Origin: Candidatus Wallbacteria bacterium GWC2_49_35
GTDB taxonomy: Bacteria; Muiribacteriota; UBA9980
Reading direction: 5' to 3'
DNA: 64,000 bases
Assembly: GCA_001791795.1 (NCBI GenBank)
Contig: MGFH01000236.1
Coordinates: 288 to 64,287, forward strand
Below are positions 36,334 through 45,357 of the stretch, in pieces. A model generated the notes under the pieces. It was not told the DNA's origin, searched no databases, and saw nothing but the letters and a program-made list of their open reading frames with translations. The position numbers and the translations under genes were made by a program. Each line of letters begins with the position of its first letter. Position 1 is the stretch's first letter.

Positions 36334-37794
36334 GTGGCTTCGGTTAATTTAAGCAAGGAAGAAATATTAAAAAATTTAAATTCCGTCGACATCGACTGCA
36401 CCCTTCGCAATAACGCAATAATCGCGGCGGGCGAGTTTAACGACGCCGAGATAACCGCCGCGCTCGAAAAGCTCTGCACCGCGCCGGACCCCGCGACCCG
36501 TTATTTTGCGAAGAAAACGATAAAAAAAATAAAGGACGCTCAGCAGAAAAGCGAATCAGATCCGGCGGCTGCGCCGCTCGTGCAGAGCGCGAACGTCGAT
36601 ACGATCAAAAACCTTCTGGCAAGCCAGAACCCCGAGAACAGGCAGCGGGCGTTGAAGGCGCTGGCCGCGAGTTTCAACCCGGCTATCCTTCCACAGATGA
36701 TCGAAATGCTGAAGACGGAAAAAGATCCTTTCGTGATCGCGAGCCTCGTCAAACTTGTCGGAAAATATGGAGGCGCGGCCCACGTCGAAGCTCTCAGCGT
36801 TTTTTTGAATCACGAAGATCCGCGCGTCAGGGCGAACACAATCGAAGGTCTCGAGCTCGCCGGCACGGAAAAGATAATAGCTTATTTAGTGCCATTTATA
36901 AACGACGTTGACAACCGAATAAAAGCGAACGCGGTAAAGGCGATCTCGAAATTCAAGTCGGATGAAATGCTCGAGGTCCTCGGCTCTATGATAAAGTCCG
37001 AGCATTTGTGGATGCGCGATTCGGCACTGTTCGCCCTTCAGCAGATAGCCAGCGACCAGGCCGTCGATCTGCTGTGTATCGCGGCGCAGGACGCCGAAAA
37101 AAGCATCGCCAATAACGCCATGCAGGCCCTGATCAGGATCGGTTCGGTTTACGCGCTTAAAAAAGTGGACGAGCTCAGGCAGACGCTGAAAGAAAAAAGT
37201 TCCGTTCCGCTGATCAAAAAAATTATAAACGCGTCCGAAAGCACCGCCGCCGGCGATAAAACCGGCTCCGCGCAGCCTCAAAGCGAAACGGAACCGCCGC
37301 CAGCCGACAACGTTAAAACCGCGGGCGATATCCGCGCGGCCGAAAACGAAGTTTTGGCGCCTGTACCGCCCCAGCAGGCCGAAGAAGACCCCGTTCAGTC
37401 CGCTAATGTTACAGCCGTTCAGCAGCGTGCCCACCAGGCTTCAAAATCAGGCAAAAGCGAAGGCGCATTTGAAAAACTGAAAGCGAATATAGATAAAAAA
37501 GAAATTGCGCTCATTAACATATTCAAAGACGACGACAGTCTGATATTGTCCAAGTTCAAAATAGACCTGGAGGATAACTTTACGGAATACGCGTCCGAGA
37601 TCAATTACGTGGCTCTGGCCGTGTCCGCCGTCGAAAAAAAGAAATCCGCCTCCGAAAAGAACGAGGCCGAAGAAGATATCCTTCCCGGCTCGGCTCTTAA
37701 ACCTTCAAGCACCGAGGGCGCGGCCCGCATGCATAACGAGGCCAAGAAAAAAATGCTGCTGGACAGTCTTAGAGGAACAAAATCAAAAAAATAA
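36334..37794 (+). CDS. HEAT-repeat protein with acidic/low-complexity C-terminus (486 aa)
   Basis: HEDPRVRANTIEGLE, DVDNRIKANAVKAIS, SEHLWMRDSALFALQ. GTG start 8 nt after AAGGAG. Confidence 0.75.
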   Translation: MASVNLSKEEILKNLNSVDIDCTLRNNAIIAAGEFNDAEITAALEKLCTAPDPATRYFAKKTIKKIKDAQQKSESDPAAAPLVQSANVDTIKNLLASQNPENRQRALKALAASFNPAILPQMIEMLKTEKDPFVIASLVKLVGKYGGAAHVEALSVFLNHEDPRVRANTIEGLELAGTEKIIAYLVPFINDVDNRIKANAVKAISKFKSDEMLEVLGSMIKSEHLWMRDSALFALQQIASDQAVDLLCIAAQDAEKSIANNAMQALIRIGSVYALKKVDELRQTLKEKSSVPLIKKIINASESTAAGDKTGSAQPQSETEPPPADNVKTAGDIRAAENEVLAPVPPQQAEEDPVQSANVTAVQQRAHQASKSGKSEGAFEKLKANIDKKEIALINIFKDDDSLILSKFKIDLEDNFTEYASEINYVALAVSAVEKKKSASEKNEAEEDILPGSALKPSSTEGAARMHNEAKKKMLLDSLRGTKSKK

Positions 37795-37835
37795 AATTTT
37801 AAATTACATAAAATAAAAACGGAGGTTTTTTTAGA

Positions 37836-38396
37836 ATGATTATCGATGCATCCCAGCTGAGAAAGGGAAATATCTTCAAGATGAACAATGAGTTGTTTAT
37901 GGTCGTCTCTTTTCAGCATCTAACGCCCGGCAACTGGCGCGCCATGATGCAGACCAAAAACAAGAACCTGAGAACCGGCTCCATAGCGGAAAACCGTTTC
38001 AGGGCCCACGACAAGGTCGAAGTGATAGACCTCGAGCATAAAACGATGGAATACCTCTATCAGAGCGACGAAGAGTATCATTTCATGGATACCCAGTCGT
38101 ACGAGCAGGTAGTTCTGACCGAGAAAGATCTCGGCGACGCGATGCTTTATATGGTGCAGAACTCGCAGTGCCAGATACAGTATTATGAAAACAAGCCGAT
38201 CGGCATAATTCTTCCTATCACGGTAGACCTGAAAGTCGAATACACCGAGCCCGGCATCAAAGGAAATACCGTTTCTGGCGCGACTAAGATCGCGAAGATG
38301 GAAACCGGCCTTGAAATACAGGTACCCCTTTTCATAAACCAGGACGAAGTTTTAAGGATCGACACCCGCACCGGGGAATATATCGAAAGGATGTAA
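37836..38396 (+). CDS. efp: Translation elongation factor P (atypical loop tip)
   Basis: 186 aa; C-terminus GIKGNTVSGATKIAKMETGLEIQVPLFINQDEVLRIDTRTGEYIERM. The beta3-beta4 loop reads HLTPGNWRA, where E. coli has FVKPGKGQA. Confidence 0.85.
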   Translation: MIIDASQLRKGNIFKMNNELFMVVSFQHLTPGNWRAMMQTKNKNLRTGSIAENRFRAHDKVEVIDLEHKTMEYLYQSDEEYHFMDTQSYEQVVLTEKDLGDAMLYMVQNSQCQIQYYENKPIGIILPITVDLKVEYTEPGIKGNTVSGATKIAKMETGLEIQVPLFINQDEVLRIDTRTGEYIERM

Positions 38397-38434
38397 CTCC
38401 CCTAAAAAATTTAATCGGAAGAGTGTGATGCCGT

Positions 38435-40513
38435 TTGAAATTCGCGCATGCGGGCTTTTTAATACTGCTGCTATGCCTTCCGGCCATGGTATATTACTTA
38501 AAATTAATATTGAAGATGGCCTTGAAAAGGCGTGAAAAAACCTTTTCGGGCCGCAATTATGACGCGCTCTCCAACTACGGGGCGCAGCCGAATTTTACGA
38601 TCAAGATAACGCTTTACCTTGCGGCCGCCGCCCTCGTGGTGTTCGCCGCCGCGCGCCCGCAGGGGCTCGAAAGGCCCGAGGAGGTCGAGGCGAGTTCGAT
38701 CGATATCTGCTTCGCCATCGACGTTTCGGAATCGATGAAGGCGCTCGATCTGGGGCGCGACAACCGTCTCGATATTACCAAGGCCGTGGTTTCCCATCTG
38801 ATCGACAGCCTTAAAACCGACCGTGTCGCGCTCATCGCTTTCGCGGGTGATGCGAGTTGCCTGTGCCCGCTCACGCTCGACCACGCTTCCGCGAAGTCGT
38901 TGCTGATGCAGGCGGATTTCGATCTTATAGACAGGGGCGGTACGCGGCTCGATCTTGCGATCAAAACTGCCGCGGAACGCTTCAACAAAGACGACGAGGC
39001 AGCCAGGGTGATAGTCGTTTTCACCGACGGAGAAGACCATGACGGCCGCCCGGCGGAGGCCGCGCGCGAGGCGTATAAAAACGGCATCGTGATACACTGC
39101 GTCGGCATCGGTTCCGGCTCCGGAGTTAAAATTCCCGTTTCAAACGATATCTGGGGCGCGCCCGTGTACAAGAAATATAAAGGCAGAGACGTCATTACAA
39201 AGCTTAACGAACGGGTGCTGACCGATGTCGCCTCGGCGGCCGGCGGCGGATATTTTCACGTTTCAGACCAGAAAAGCCTCGCGGATATGATCGCCGGTCT
39301 CAAAAATATTAAAAAACGCGCTTTACGCGTTTCAAGCCTCAGCGTGCGCGAAGAACTTTTCGGCTATTTCGCTTTTCTCGCTTTTATACTTCTCGCCGCC
39401 GATTCGCTTTTGCCGTCGCGCAGCCTGAAAAAATCTCTTAACGCCGCTCTTCTGGCTTTTTTTTCGGCTGCCGCCGCTTTTGTTGTCGCCTGTCCGGCGG
39501 CGGCTGAAACCGCGCCCCCTCCTGTAAAAAGCGAGTACGATTCCCTGAACCCTAAAATTTCCGAATACTTTCGCAGGGGGGCGGGACTTTACGAGCAAAA
39601 CAATTTCAGCGGCGCCGAATTCGAATTCCAGAACGCAAAAATATTGAAGCCGTCTGATATCGCGAGCAATTATAATATCGGATGCGCCCGGTATAAAAAC
39701 CGCGATTACAAAGGCGCCGCAGAGTCTTTCGCCGCCGCCGCGAAGGCAGACAAAGAAAGCGCCAGGTTCGAGCCTTATTATAACATGGGCAATGCCCAGT
39801 TCAAACTTTCAAATTATAAAAGCGCTATAGACAGCTATGAAAAAGCCCTGAAAATAAAGCCTGGCGATCCTGACGCCGCGCACAATCTCGAACTCGCCCG
39901 TAAAAAGCTGGAAGAAGAGATGGAAAAGGAGCGCAGCGGCGAAAATAAAAAGGACGGCGAAAAATCCGGCGATAAAAATGAAAAGAGCGGCAATAAACCC
40001 GGAAAAGATTCACAGAACGGTCAAAAGCAGGATGGCGCGGATCAGAAAAACGGCGAAAAGCAGTCCGGCGCAGATAAAAAACAGGACCAGGGGAAGCAGG
40101 GCGGCGAAGACCAGCAAAAAGACGGGGAAAACGAAGGCGCCAACGATGAAAAAAGTGAAGGAGCCTCAGAAGGGGCCGATGCCGGGAAAAAAGACGGCGC
40201 AGCCGGCGGCGAAGAGGCCGTCAAAGATCTCGCCGATAAGCAGAATATTGAAAAATACCGGAATATACAGGTCGATCCGAACCGCCTTAAAATGTTCCTC
40301 AAAGACCTCGAAAATGATGAAACCCGCGTTCAGTACCTCTATCAGCGTAACAAAAAAAGAATGAACGCCAGGGACCGCGACGAAACGGACATTTTCAACC
40401 TGCCGCCGGAAGAGATCCACGAGCGCATGCTCCGTCAGATGCTTCCCGAAGGCGATCCGCGCCGGGAGAAAGCGAAGGAAAGTAAGCCGGCCGGCGATAA
40501 AAAAGATTGGTGA
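38435..40513 (+). CDS. VWA-domain + TPR membrane protein (BatB-like) with K/G/E/D-rich tail
   Basis: N-terminal TM segment, MIDAS DICFAIDVSESM, TDGEDH, TPR units (YNIGCARYKNRDYKGAAESF...). TTG start. Confidence 0.75.
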   Translation: MKFAHAGFLILLLCLPAMVYYLKLILKMALKRREKTFSGRNYDALSNYGAQPNFTIKITLYLAAAALVVFAAARPQGLERPEEVEASSIDICFAIDVSESMKALDLGRDNRLDITKAVVSHLIDSLKTDRVALIAFAGDASCLCPLTLDHASAKSLLMQADFDLIDRGGTRLDLAIKTAAERFNKDDEAARVIVVFTDGEDHDGRPAEAAREAYKNGIVIHCVGIGSGSGVKIPVSNDIWGAPVYKKYKGRDVITKLNERVLTDVASAAGGGYFHVSDQKSLADMIAGLKNIKKRALRVSSLSVREELFGYFAFLAFILLAADSLLPSRSLKKSLNAALLAFFSAAAAFVVACPAAAETAPPPVKSEYDSLNPKISEYFRRGAGLYEQNNFSGAEFEFQNAKILKPSDIASNYNIGCARYKNRDYKGAAESFAAAAKADKESARFEPYYNMGNAQFKLSNYKSAIDSYEKALKIKPGDPDAAHNLELARKKLEEEMEKERSGENKKDGEKSGDKNEKSGNKPGKDSQNGQKQDGADQKNGEKQSGADKKQDQGKQGGEDQQKDGENEGANDEKSEGASEGADAGKKDGAAGGEEAVKDLADKQNIEKYRNIQVDPNRLKMFLKDLENDETRVQYLYQRNKKRMNARDRDETDIFNLPPEEIHERMLRQMLPEGDPRREKAKESKPAGDKKDW

Positions 40514-40539
40514 TAATCGCAAAAAAAAACGATAGATAC

Positions 40540-40568
40540 TTGACATTAGTCGACATTTGAAGTATTAT
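40540..40568 (+). promoter_or_regulatory. sigma70-like promoter for the STAS-pseudopilin operon
   Basis: TTGACA (40540-40545), 17-nt spacer, TATTAT (40563-40568). Confidence 0.55.
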
Positions 40569-40600
40569 GATAGTAAAAGGGTATAAAGCGGGGAAATATC

Positions 40601-41071
40601 GTGGATAAAAATATTAACGGCTCTAAAGGCCCGGCAAACCAGCTCGGTTCTTTTTCTATCGAAACGTCCGAAGATACCGTAATGCGGTACAAACCGGTCG
40701 ACAGCACAAATATTTCCGAAGTGCGGGGCGAGGCCGAAAAAACGGATATAGTCGTCCTTAAGATCTCCGGAACCATCGATCTGCTGACGGCCTCGGAATT
40801 TCAGCAGTACGCGATGGATTATATCACGAAGGGATTCAAATATCTGCTTCTCGATTTCACGAAACTCGATTTTATAGATTCAATGGGATTATCCACGGTG
40901 CTGATGCTCTACCAGAAGTTGTTAGAGAGCGGCGGGCGGATGCTGATAATCAATCCAAAACCCTCGATAATGGTCGTTCTGAAAATAACTAAAGTGAACC
41001 AGAAGATACTCGTATTCGGCACTATAGATGAAGCAAAGGCGCATATAGCAGATGACGGACAAAAGAGATAA
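40601..41071 (+). CDS. STAS-domain protein (anti-sigma-factor antagonist family)
   Basis: IVVLKISGTIDLLTASEF...YLLLDFTKLDFIDSMGLSTVLMLYQKL...GGRMLIINPKP. GTG start and a ~45-aa N-terminal extension. Confidence 0.8.
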   Translation: MDKNINGSKGPANQLGSFSIETSEDTVMRYKPVDSTNISEVRGEAEKTDIVVLKISGTIDLLTASEFQQYAMDYITKGFKYLLLDFTKLDFIDSMGLSTVLMLYQKLLESGGRMLIINPKPSIMVVLKITKVNQKILVFGTIDEAKAHIADDGQKR

Positions 41072-41087
41072 AAACAATTTTTATTAT

Positions 41088-41807
41088 ATGGCGCGCATAA
41101 GGGCGTTCACGATCACTGAAATTATGATCGCGGCGGCTATAATGTCGCTGCTGCTGGGTGTTTTTTACCAGTTGTTCATAGCGGGCCATAAAAATTTCAA
41201 CGCCGGCGTATGGATGGCGAACCTCACTCAGGAAATAAACGTCGGTTTCAGGCAGTTCCAGGAAGATATAAAAAACACGTCGGTCCTGGTGTCGACGGTG
41301 CCTGAAAACTACTATAAGACAAATGTAAAACCTTCCGCGACGCATAATCCCGCATTCGATTTTTATTATAACTCCAAGCTGCTGAGTGCCGGCGGCGCCG
41401 TGCCCGGCGATAAGCTAATGCGTTTCAAGATGTGCCGCCGTCCGCAGAAAAAAGACTTCGAAACCAAGCTCGACAACCAGCCCGCCCTTATCGAAGAGGC
41501 CGAATTCAGCCTCAACGAGAAAGGCGAATTGTTTTACGAAAAAAAAGCGGCCGAGTGGGACGGCGATCCCAAAACGGTTCCGACGCTGAACCCATCCGTC
41601 GATAAACTCATACACAGCCGCGTTATAATCCATGACGTGCTTAGCGTCAGGATAGTTCTTCAGAAAAATGCGACAAAGATAGAAAAAGGCAAGATGTTCG
41701 GCATCGAAATCACCGTGGCGCCGCCAAAGAACCAGGGCCGCAACGTGAAGCCGATGACGAAAACGACCCAGGTGGTCGTGAACGTGGAACCGAACGAAGC
41801 GATATAA
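41088..41807 (+). CDS. Prepilin-type N-terminal domain protein (pilin/pseudopilin), Ala at -1
   Basis: MARIRA|FTITEIMIAAAIMSLLLGVFYQLF is a class III signal-like N-terminus with Glu5. The alternative ATG at 41052 would overlap the STAS gene. Confidence 0.7.
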   Translation: MARIRAFTITEIMIAAAIMSLLLGVFYQLFIAGHKNFNAGVWMANLTQEINVGFRQFQEDIKNTSVLVSTVPENYYKTNVKPSATHNPAFDFYYNSKLLSAGGAVPGDKLMRFKMCRRPQKKDFETKLDNQPALIEEAEFSLNEKGELFYEKKAAEWDGDPKTVPTLNPSVDKLIHSRVIIHDVLSVRIVLQKNATKIEKGKMFGIEITVAPPKNQGRNVKPMTKTTQVVVNVEPNEAI

Positions 41808-41844
41808 AAGATCCGGTCTCGTCATTCCGGAACCGGCGGGGTGA

Positions 41845-42510
41845 ATGATTATGAAGACAGAAAAGTTTATCGGCCATGAACACGAAAGGTTCTTGCACGC
41901 CTCGTGGCGGCGAGGGCTTTCGCTTACCGAAATAGTCGTCGGAATAGCGTTGTTCGTTCTGGCGGCCATCCCTTCTTTCGGCTATCTGATGAGTTCCGTT
42001 AAACAGACAGCGGCGACCGACATGGAAAATACCGCCGGAGTAATCGCCAGCAGCGTTCTGGACAGGATACTCGAAAACGTCGACTATGATTCGGTAGACG
42101 ACACTATAAAACTCGACCAGATCTCGGGCATGACCGACGAAGACGGCAGTGACAACAACGAGCTGAAGGTCAAATCCACCGTGTTCAAACTCGAACTGGA
42201 AGTCAAGGTCATCGCCAACGACAAGATCGAATTCGGCTACAGAAAAACTCCCTATATAAAGCGCCAGTCTTCTGACAGCGAGGTCGCCGACAGCGGCAAC
42301 GACATCAAAAGCATAAAAAACGACGCCAAGCGCTGGAACACGCCGGTCAAACTTAAATTATCGCAGATCACCAAACATAAGAACAGGACATTTTTAAAGG
42401 AAATCATGCTCGTGGTGAAATGGACCGATCCCGTAACCGGGCGCGCCAGGAGCGAAAAGTTCGTTACCATGAAGGCGAATCTTAGCCTCGTGGAACAGCA
42501 GGGCGGTTGA
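41845..42510 (+). CDS. Prepilin-type N-terminal domain protein (pseudopilin)
   Basis: ...ASWRRG|LSLTEIVVGIALFVLAAIPSFGYL (Gly-1, Glu5). Confidence 0.7.
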   Translation: MIMKTEKFIGHEHERFLHASWRRGLSLTEIVVGIALFVLAAIPSFGYLMSSVKQTAATDMENTAGVIASSVLDRILENVDYDSVDDTIKLDQISGMTDEDGSDNNELKVKSTVFKLELEVKVIANDKIEFGYRKTPYIKRQSSDSEVADSGNDIKSIKNDAKRWNTPVKLKLSQITKHKNRTFLKEIMLVVKWTDPVTGRARSEKFVTMKANLSLVEQQGG

Positions 42511-42514
42511 TCTC

Positions 42515-43246
42515 ATGTATAAAACCATCAGAAAATCACAGTTAGACGGGCTTTCCGTCTTATATACGAACACGAACCGCCGCGGCATGCTGATACCGAT
42601 GATACTGATCGGCATGTTCATTTTCATAATGTTCTTTTTCACTCTGATGAAATGGAATTCCTCGAACCGCCGGATGAATTACCAGGACGTGTGGGGCAAA
42701 AAAGCCCTTTATCTGGCTAAGGGCGGCACGCAGCTGGCGCTTTTGAAAGTGTCGATGATGCCGACTGAATGTTACGACGCGCTGTCCATATCGCAGCTTA
42801 AAAACCCGTATTTTTCGTTCAAGATAGCCGCCGAAAGAATAGCGGCCGGCAAGAAGCCCGTAAACCCCAATCCGAAAGAGTCCGATTTCAATCCCGGCCC
42901 GCAGTTTTTGACCGGGGCTTCCGATAATCGTGATTCGCTTCTTCAGGATCCGGCTTACGTCGGCACGAAAGAAGAGCCGCTGTCCGGCGAACTCAACGCG
43001 TTCATAAAGGCCTTCACCGACGACATCAGGCTGAGCGGCCCGGACACCGATCCTATTACCGGCGAGCGCACGACGCCCTACAAGCACGGGTTCGCCGCGA
43101 CGAAGGTCAAAGTGCTCGCCGTCAAGGGACAGCAGCTTTACAACAAGCAGACCGTCGAGCTTACCGTCAAAGCCTGGGTATACGACGGCATGAACATTAA
43201 AAGAGAGAAAGAGGTCACGAAAATAGTCGAAGTAGAAAGAAAATAA
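42515..43246 (+). CDS. PilX/GspK-like minor pilin candidate (no Glu5)
   Basis: ...NTNRRG|MLIPMILIGMFIFIMFFF hydrophobic N-terminus following RRG. The gene is adjacent to the pseudopilins. Confidence 0.5.
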   Translation: MYKTIRKSQLDGLSVLYTNTNRRGMLIPMILIGMFIFIMFFFTLMKWNSSNRRMNYQDVWGKKALYLAKGGTQLALLKVSMMPTECYDALSISQLKNPYFSFKIAAERIAAGKKPVNPNPKESDFNPGPQFLTGASDNRDSLLQDPAYVGTKEEPLSGELNAFIKAFTDDIRLSGPDTDPITGERTTPYKHGFAATKVKVLAVKGQQLYNKQTVELTVKAWVYDGMNIKREKEVTKIVEVERK

Positions 43247-43296
43247 AAGAAACGAATAAGCCTTAAAAATAATGCAAAGAAATATAAGGAAATCAA

Positions 43297-45357
43297 ATGC
43301 GAAAAAAAAAAAAATCAGTCTTTCTGTTTTACGCCCTGCTGGCGGTCTTTTCAGTTTTAATTCCTCTCGATAACGCTTCGCCCGCCCTTCCCGATCTTTC
43401 AACGCCTTTCACACAGATGTTTCCGCAGATAAAAATAAATAACATGTTCGATTCGTCGGTACCCATTCACCAGGGCCTGCTCTACACTTTCCAGTTCAAT
43501 AAGAGCGACCTCGAATCCTCTCTCACCGGCCTTCTTAAAAGCAAGGCGCGAGCGCTCAACCTGCCGGACGAAAACGATTTTCGCGCTCAGGTGATACGCG
43601 TTAACAGCGTCAAATGGATCATATTGAATTTCGACGGCACTAAAATAACGCTTAACGACCAGATGCCCGACCTCGTCGCCGTCCAGGGCGCCGCCGGCGA
43701 TATCGACGTTTCCGCCATGCGCTACGTTTTCGACACGCCGACAGACCCCATGGACGAGTCGATGATATTATGCGTCGTCGATTACGAATGGAACGCTTAC
43801 TTCGGCGCCAATCCGATAAACGGATGGCCCAAAACCCAGGAGGCCTGGGGAAAATTTGCCTTCACCATAGTGGACAGCGAGCCGCCGCACAACGCGCAGA
43901 TATCGCCGAAATCTATATTTGCGACCTGCGGCGATAAGATTTCTTCTTTCAACGACATAATTCGAAAAGAGAGCCTCGGCTCGAAATACGCTCAGAATCC
44001 GGGCGAAATTGTTATCACCGTTATCGACGACAACCCGTTCGGCGTTTCGGAGCAGTCGAAATTGAAACATAACGTTAAAAATGTCGACGGTTTTATAATG
44101 GTCGAAACCTATAACGAAAAATACCGCCAGTACGATTATAACAATCCGCCGAAACAGCCGTTCGCCGATCCCTTCGAACTGGATTCGACCATTTACGAAT
44201 ACCTCGACGATTCGACGCCGAATAACGGCAAGTTTTCGTGGCTCGGCCCGTTTCAGATATCTAAAATCCCGGGTGTTTCGATAAAAAACGTTAAACTGAC
44301 CAGCAAGGTCAACGCCAAAGACAACGTGGCTTATGTGATAAGCGTTCCCCTCGAAGGGCTCGAAGCTGAAATCGAGCGTTCGGCCGGAGCTGGAAAATCT
44401 AAAATGCCTCTCAATTACGCCTCGATGTCCGATTTCGTCCCCGTCGACGCCAACAGCGCCCTCGAGTATAAGTCGCGCGGCGCGAAGGCCCTCAGAATAA
44501 CGTTCGCGGCGTGCGATTCCTCGTCGAACTGGATTGCGCCTGATCCGTCCATAATAAACGACAACGCGGCCTATAACGCCTTAATAGGCACAATTTCAGC
44601 CATAGCGCCTCCGGCGGTCGGAAAGTTCAAATATAACACCCACCAGCTTCAGTGCAGCCTGTATGTTTTAGACAACAGGCGCCCGAACCCCGTCATAGTC
44701 ATGACAAACACCGAAACCAATCACACCGATATTTTCTGCGTCGCCAACTCAGACCTGTCGCCGACGCCTTATTCCGATAACGCCGCGGTCTGGGAGTTCG
44801 ACTACGCCGGGCTTTCCGATACCATGCGCAAACTGTCCGCCGCCGAAAGGGACCGGTTCAAAACCGCCCTGACGGTCTCTGAAGACGTCCGGCTTCTATT
44901 CAAGGTCCTCGCCTACGATAACGTCAACAAGTCCGTCGTACGGCAGGAGGTAAACCTTTCGCACGGAATATGCACGCCCCTCATCACGGGCGCGGCCAAT
45001 AACCGCGATTCCATGAGGTTCGTCACATGGAAGATAATCGATCCGCAGTGCCTTAACAAGGAGTTGAATACCGAAACTATCGGCGGAAGCGAGTTTTCGG
45101 TTTTTCCCGAGTATATATTCAGAAATCCCGATCCGGCGAAAGGGCAGTATATCGAGCTCACGGTGAGCGACACGTCGCCTTTCCGCTCGCCGCCGGCGAA
45201 TATAAACGACGCTTCGGACTACAACTCTTCCGGCGTGATCTCGGCGTGCAATCAGCGTAAAATAAAACTTTCATTCGATATAGTTCAAAGATCTGTATCG
45301 GTAAGCAATATGGGCTCCGACGTCAAAACAAAGACTAGCGGCGATGACAGCAAATAA
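43297..45357 (+). CDS. Large secreted protein of unknown function (candidate pilus-associated adhesin)
   Basis: Signal peptide MRKKKKSVFLFYALLAVFSVLIPL. Recurrent strand-end motifs FTIVDSEPP, ITVIDDNPF and LYVLDNRRPNP suggest Ig-like modules. Confidence 0.6.
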   Translation: MRKKKKSVFLFYALLAVFSVLIPLDNASPALPDLSTPFTQMFPQIKINNMFDSSVPIHQGLLYTFQFNKSDLESSLTGLLKSKARALNLPDENDFRAQVIRVNSVKWIILNFDGTKITLNDQMPDLVAVQGAAGDIDVSAMRYVFDTPTDPMDESMILCVVDYEWNAYFGANPINGWPKTQEAWGKFAFTIVDSEPPHNAQISPKSIFATCGDKISSFNDIIRKESLGSKYAQNPGEIVITVIDDNPFGVSEQSKLKHNVKNVDGFIMVETYNEKYRQYDYNNPPKQPFADPFELDSTIYEYLDDSTPNNGKFSWLGPFQISKIPGVSIKNVKLTSKVNAKDNVAYVISVPLEGLEAEIERSAGAGKSKMPLNYASMSDFVPVDANSALEYKSRGAKALRITFAACDSSSNWIAPDPSIINDNAAYNALIGTISAIAPPAVGKFKYNTHQLQCSLYVLDNRRPNPVIVMTNTETNHTDIFCVANSDLSPTPYSDNAAVWEFDYAGLSDTMRKLSAAERDRFKTALTVSEDVRLLFKVLAYDNVNKSVVRQEVNLSHGICTPLITGAANNRDSMRFVTWKIIDPQCLNKELNTETIGGSEFSVFPEYIFRNPDPAKGQYIELTVSDTSPFRSPPANINDASDYNSSGVISACNQRKIKLSFDIVQRSVSVSNMGSDVKTKTSGDDSK

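Noticed and set aside
42560-43402. 280-aa minus-strand ORF.
   Set aside because: It is antisense to the PilX-like gene and the start of the 686-aa gene, and is Arg/Phe-rich with no motifs.
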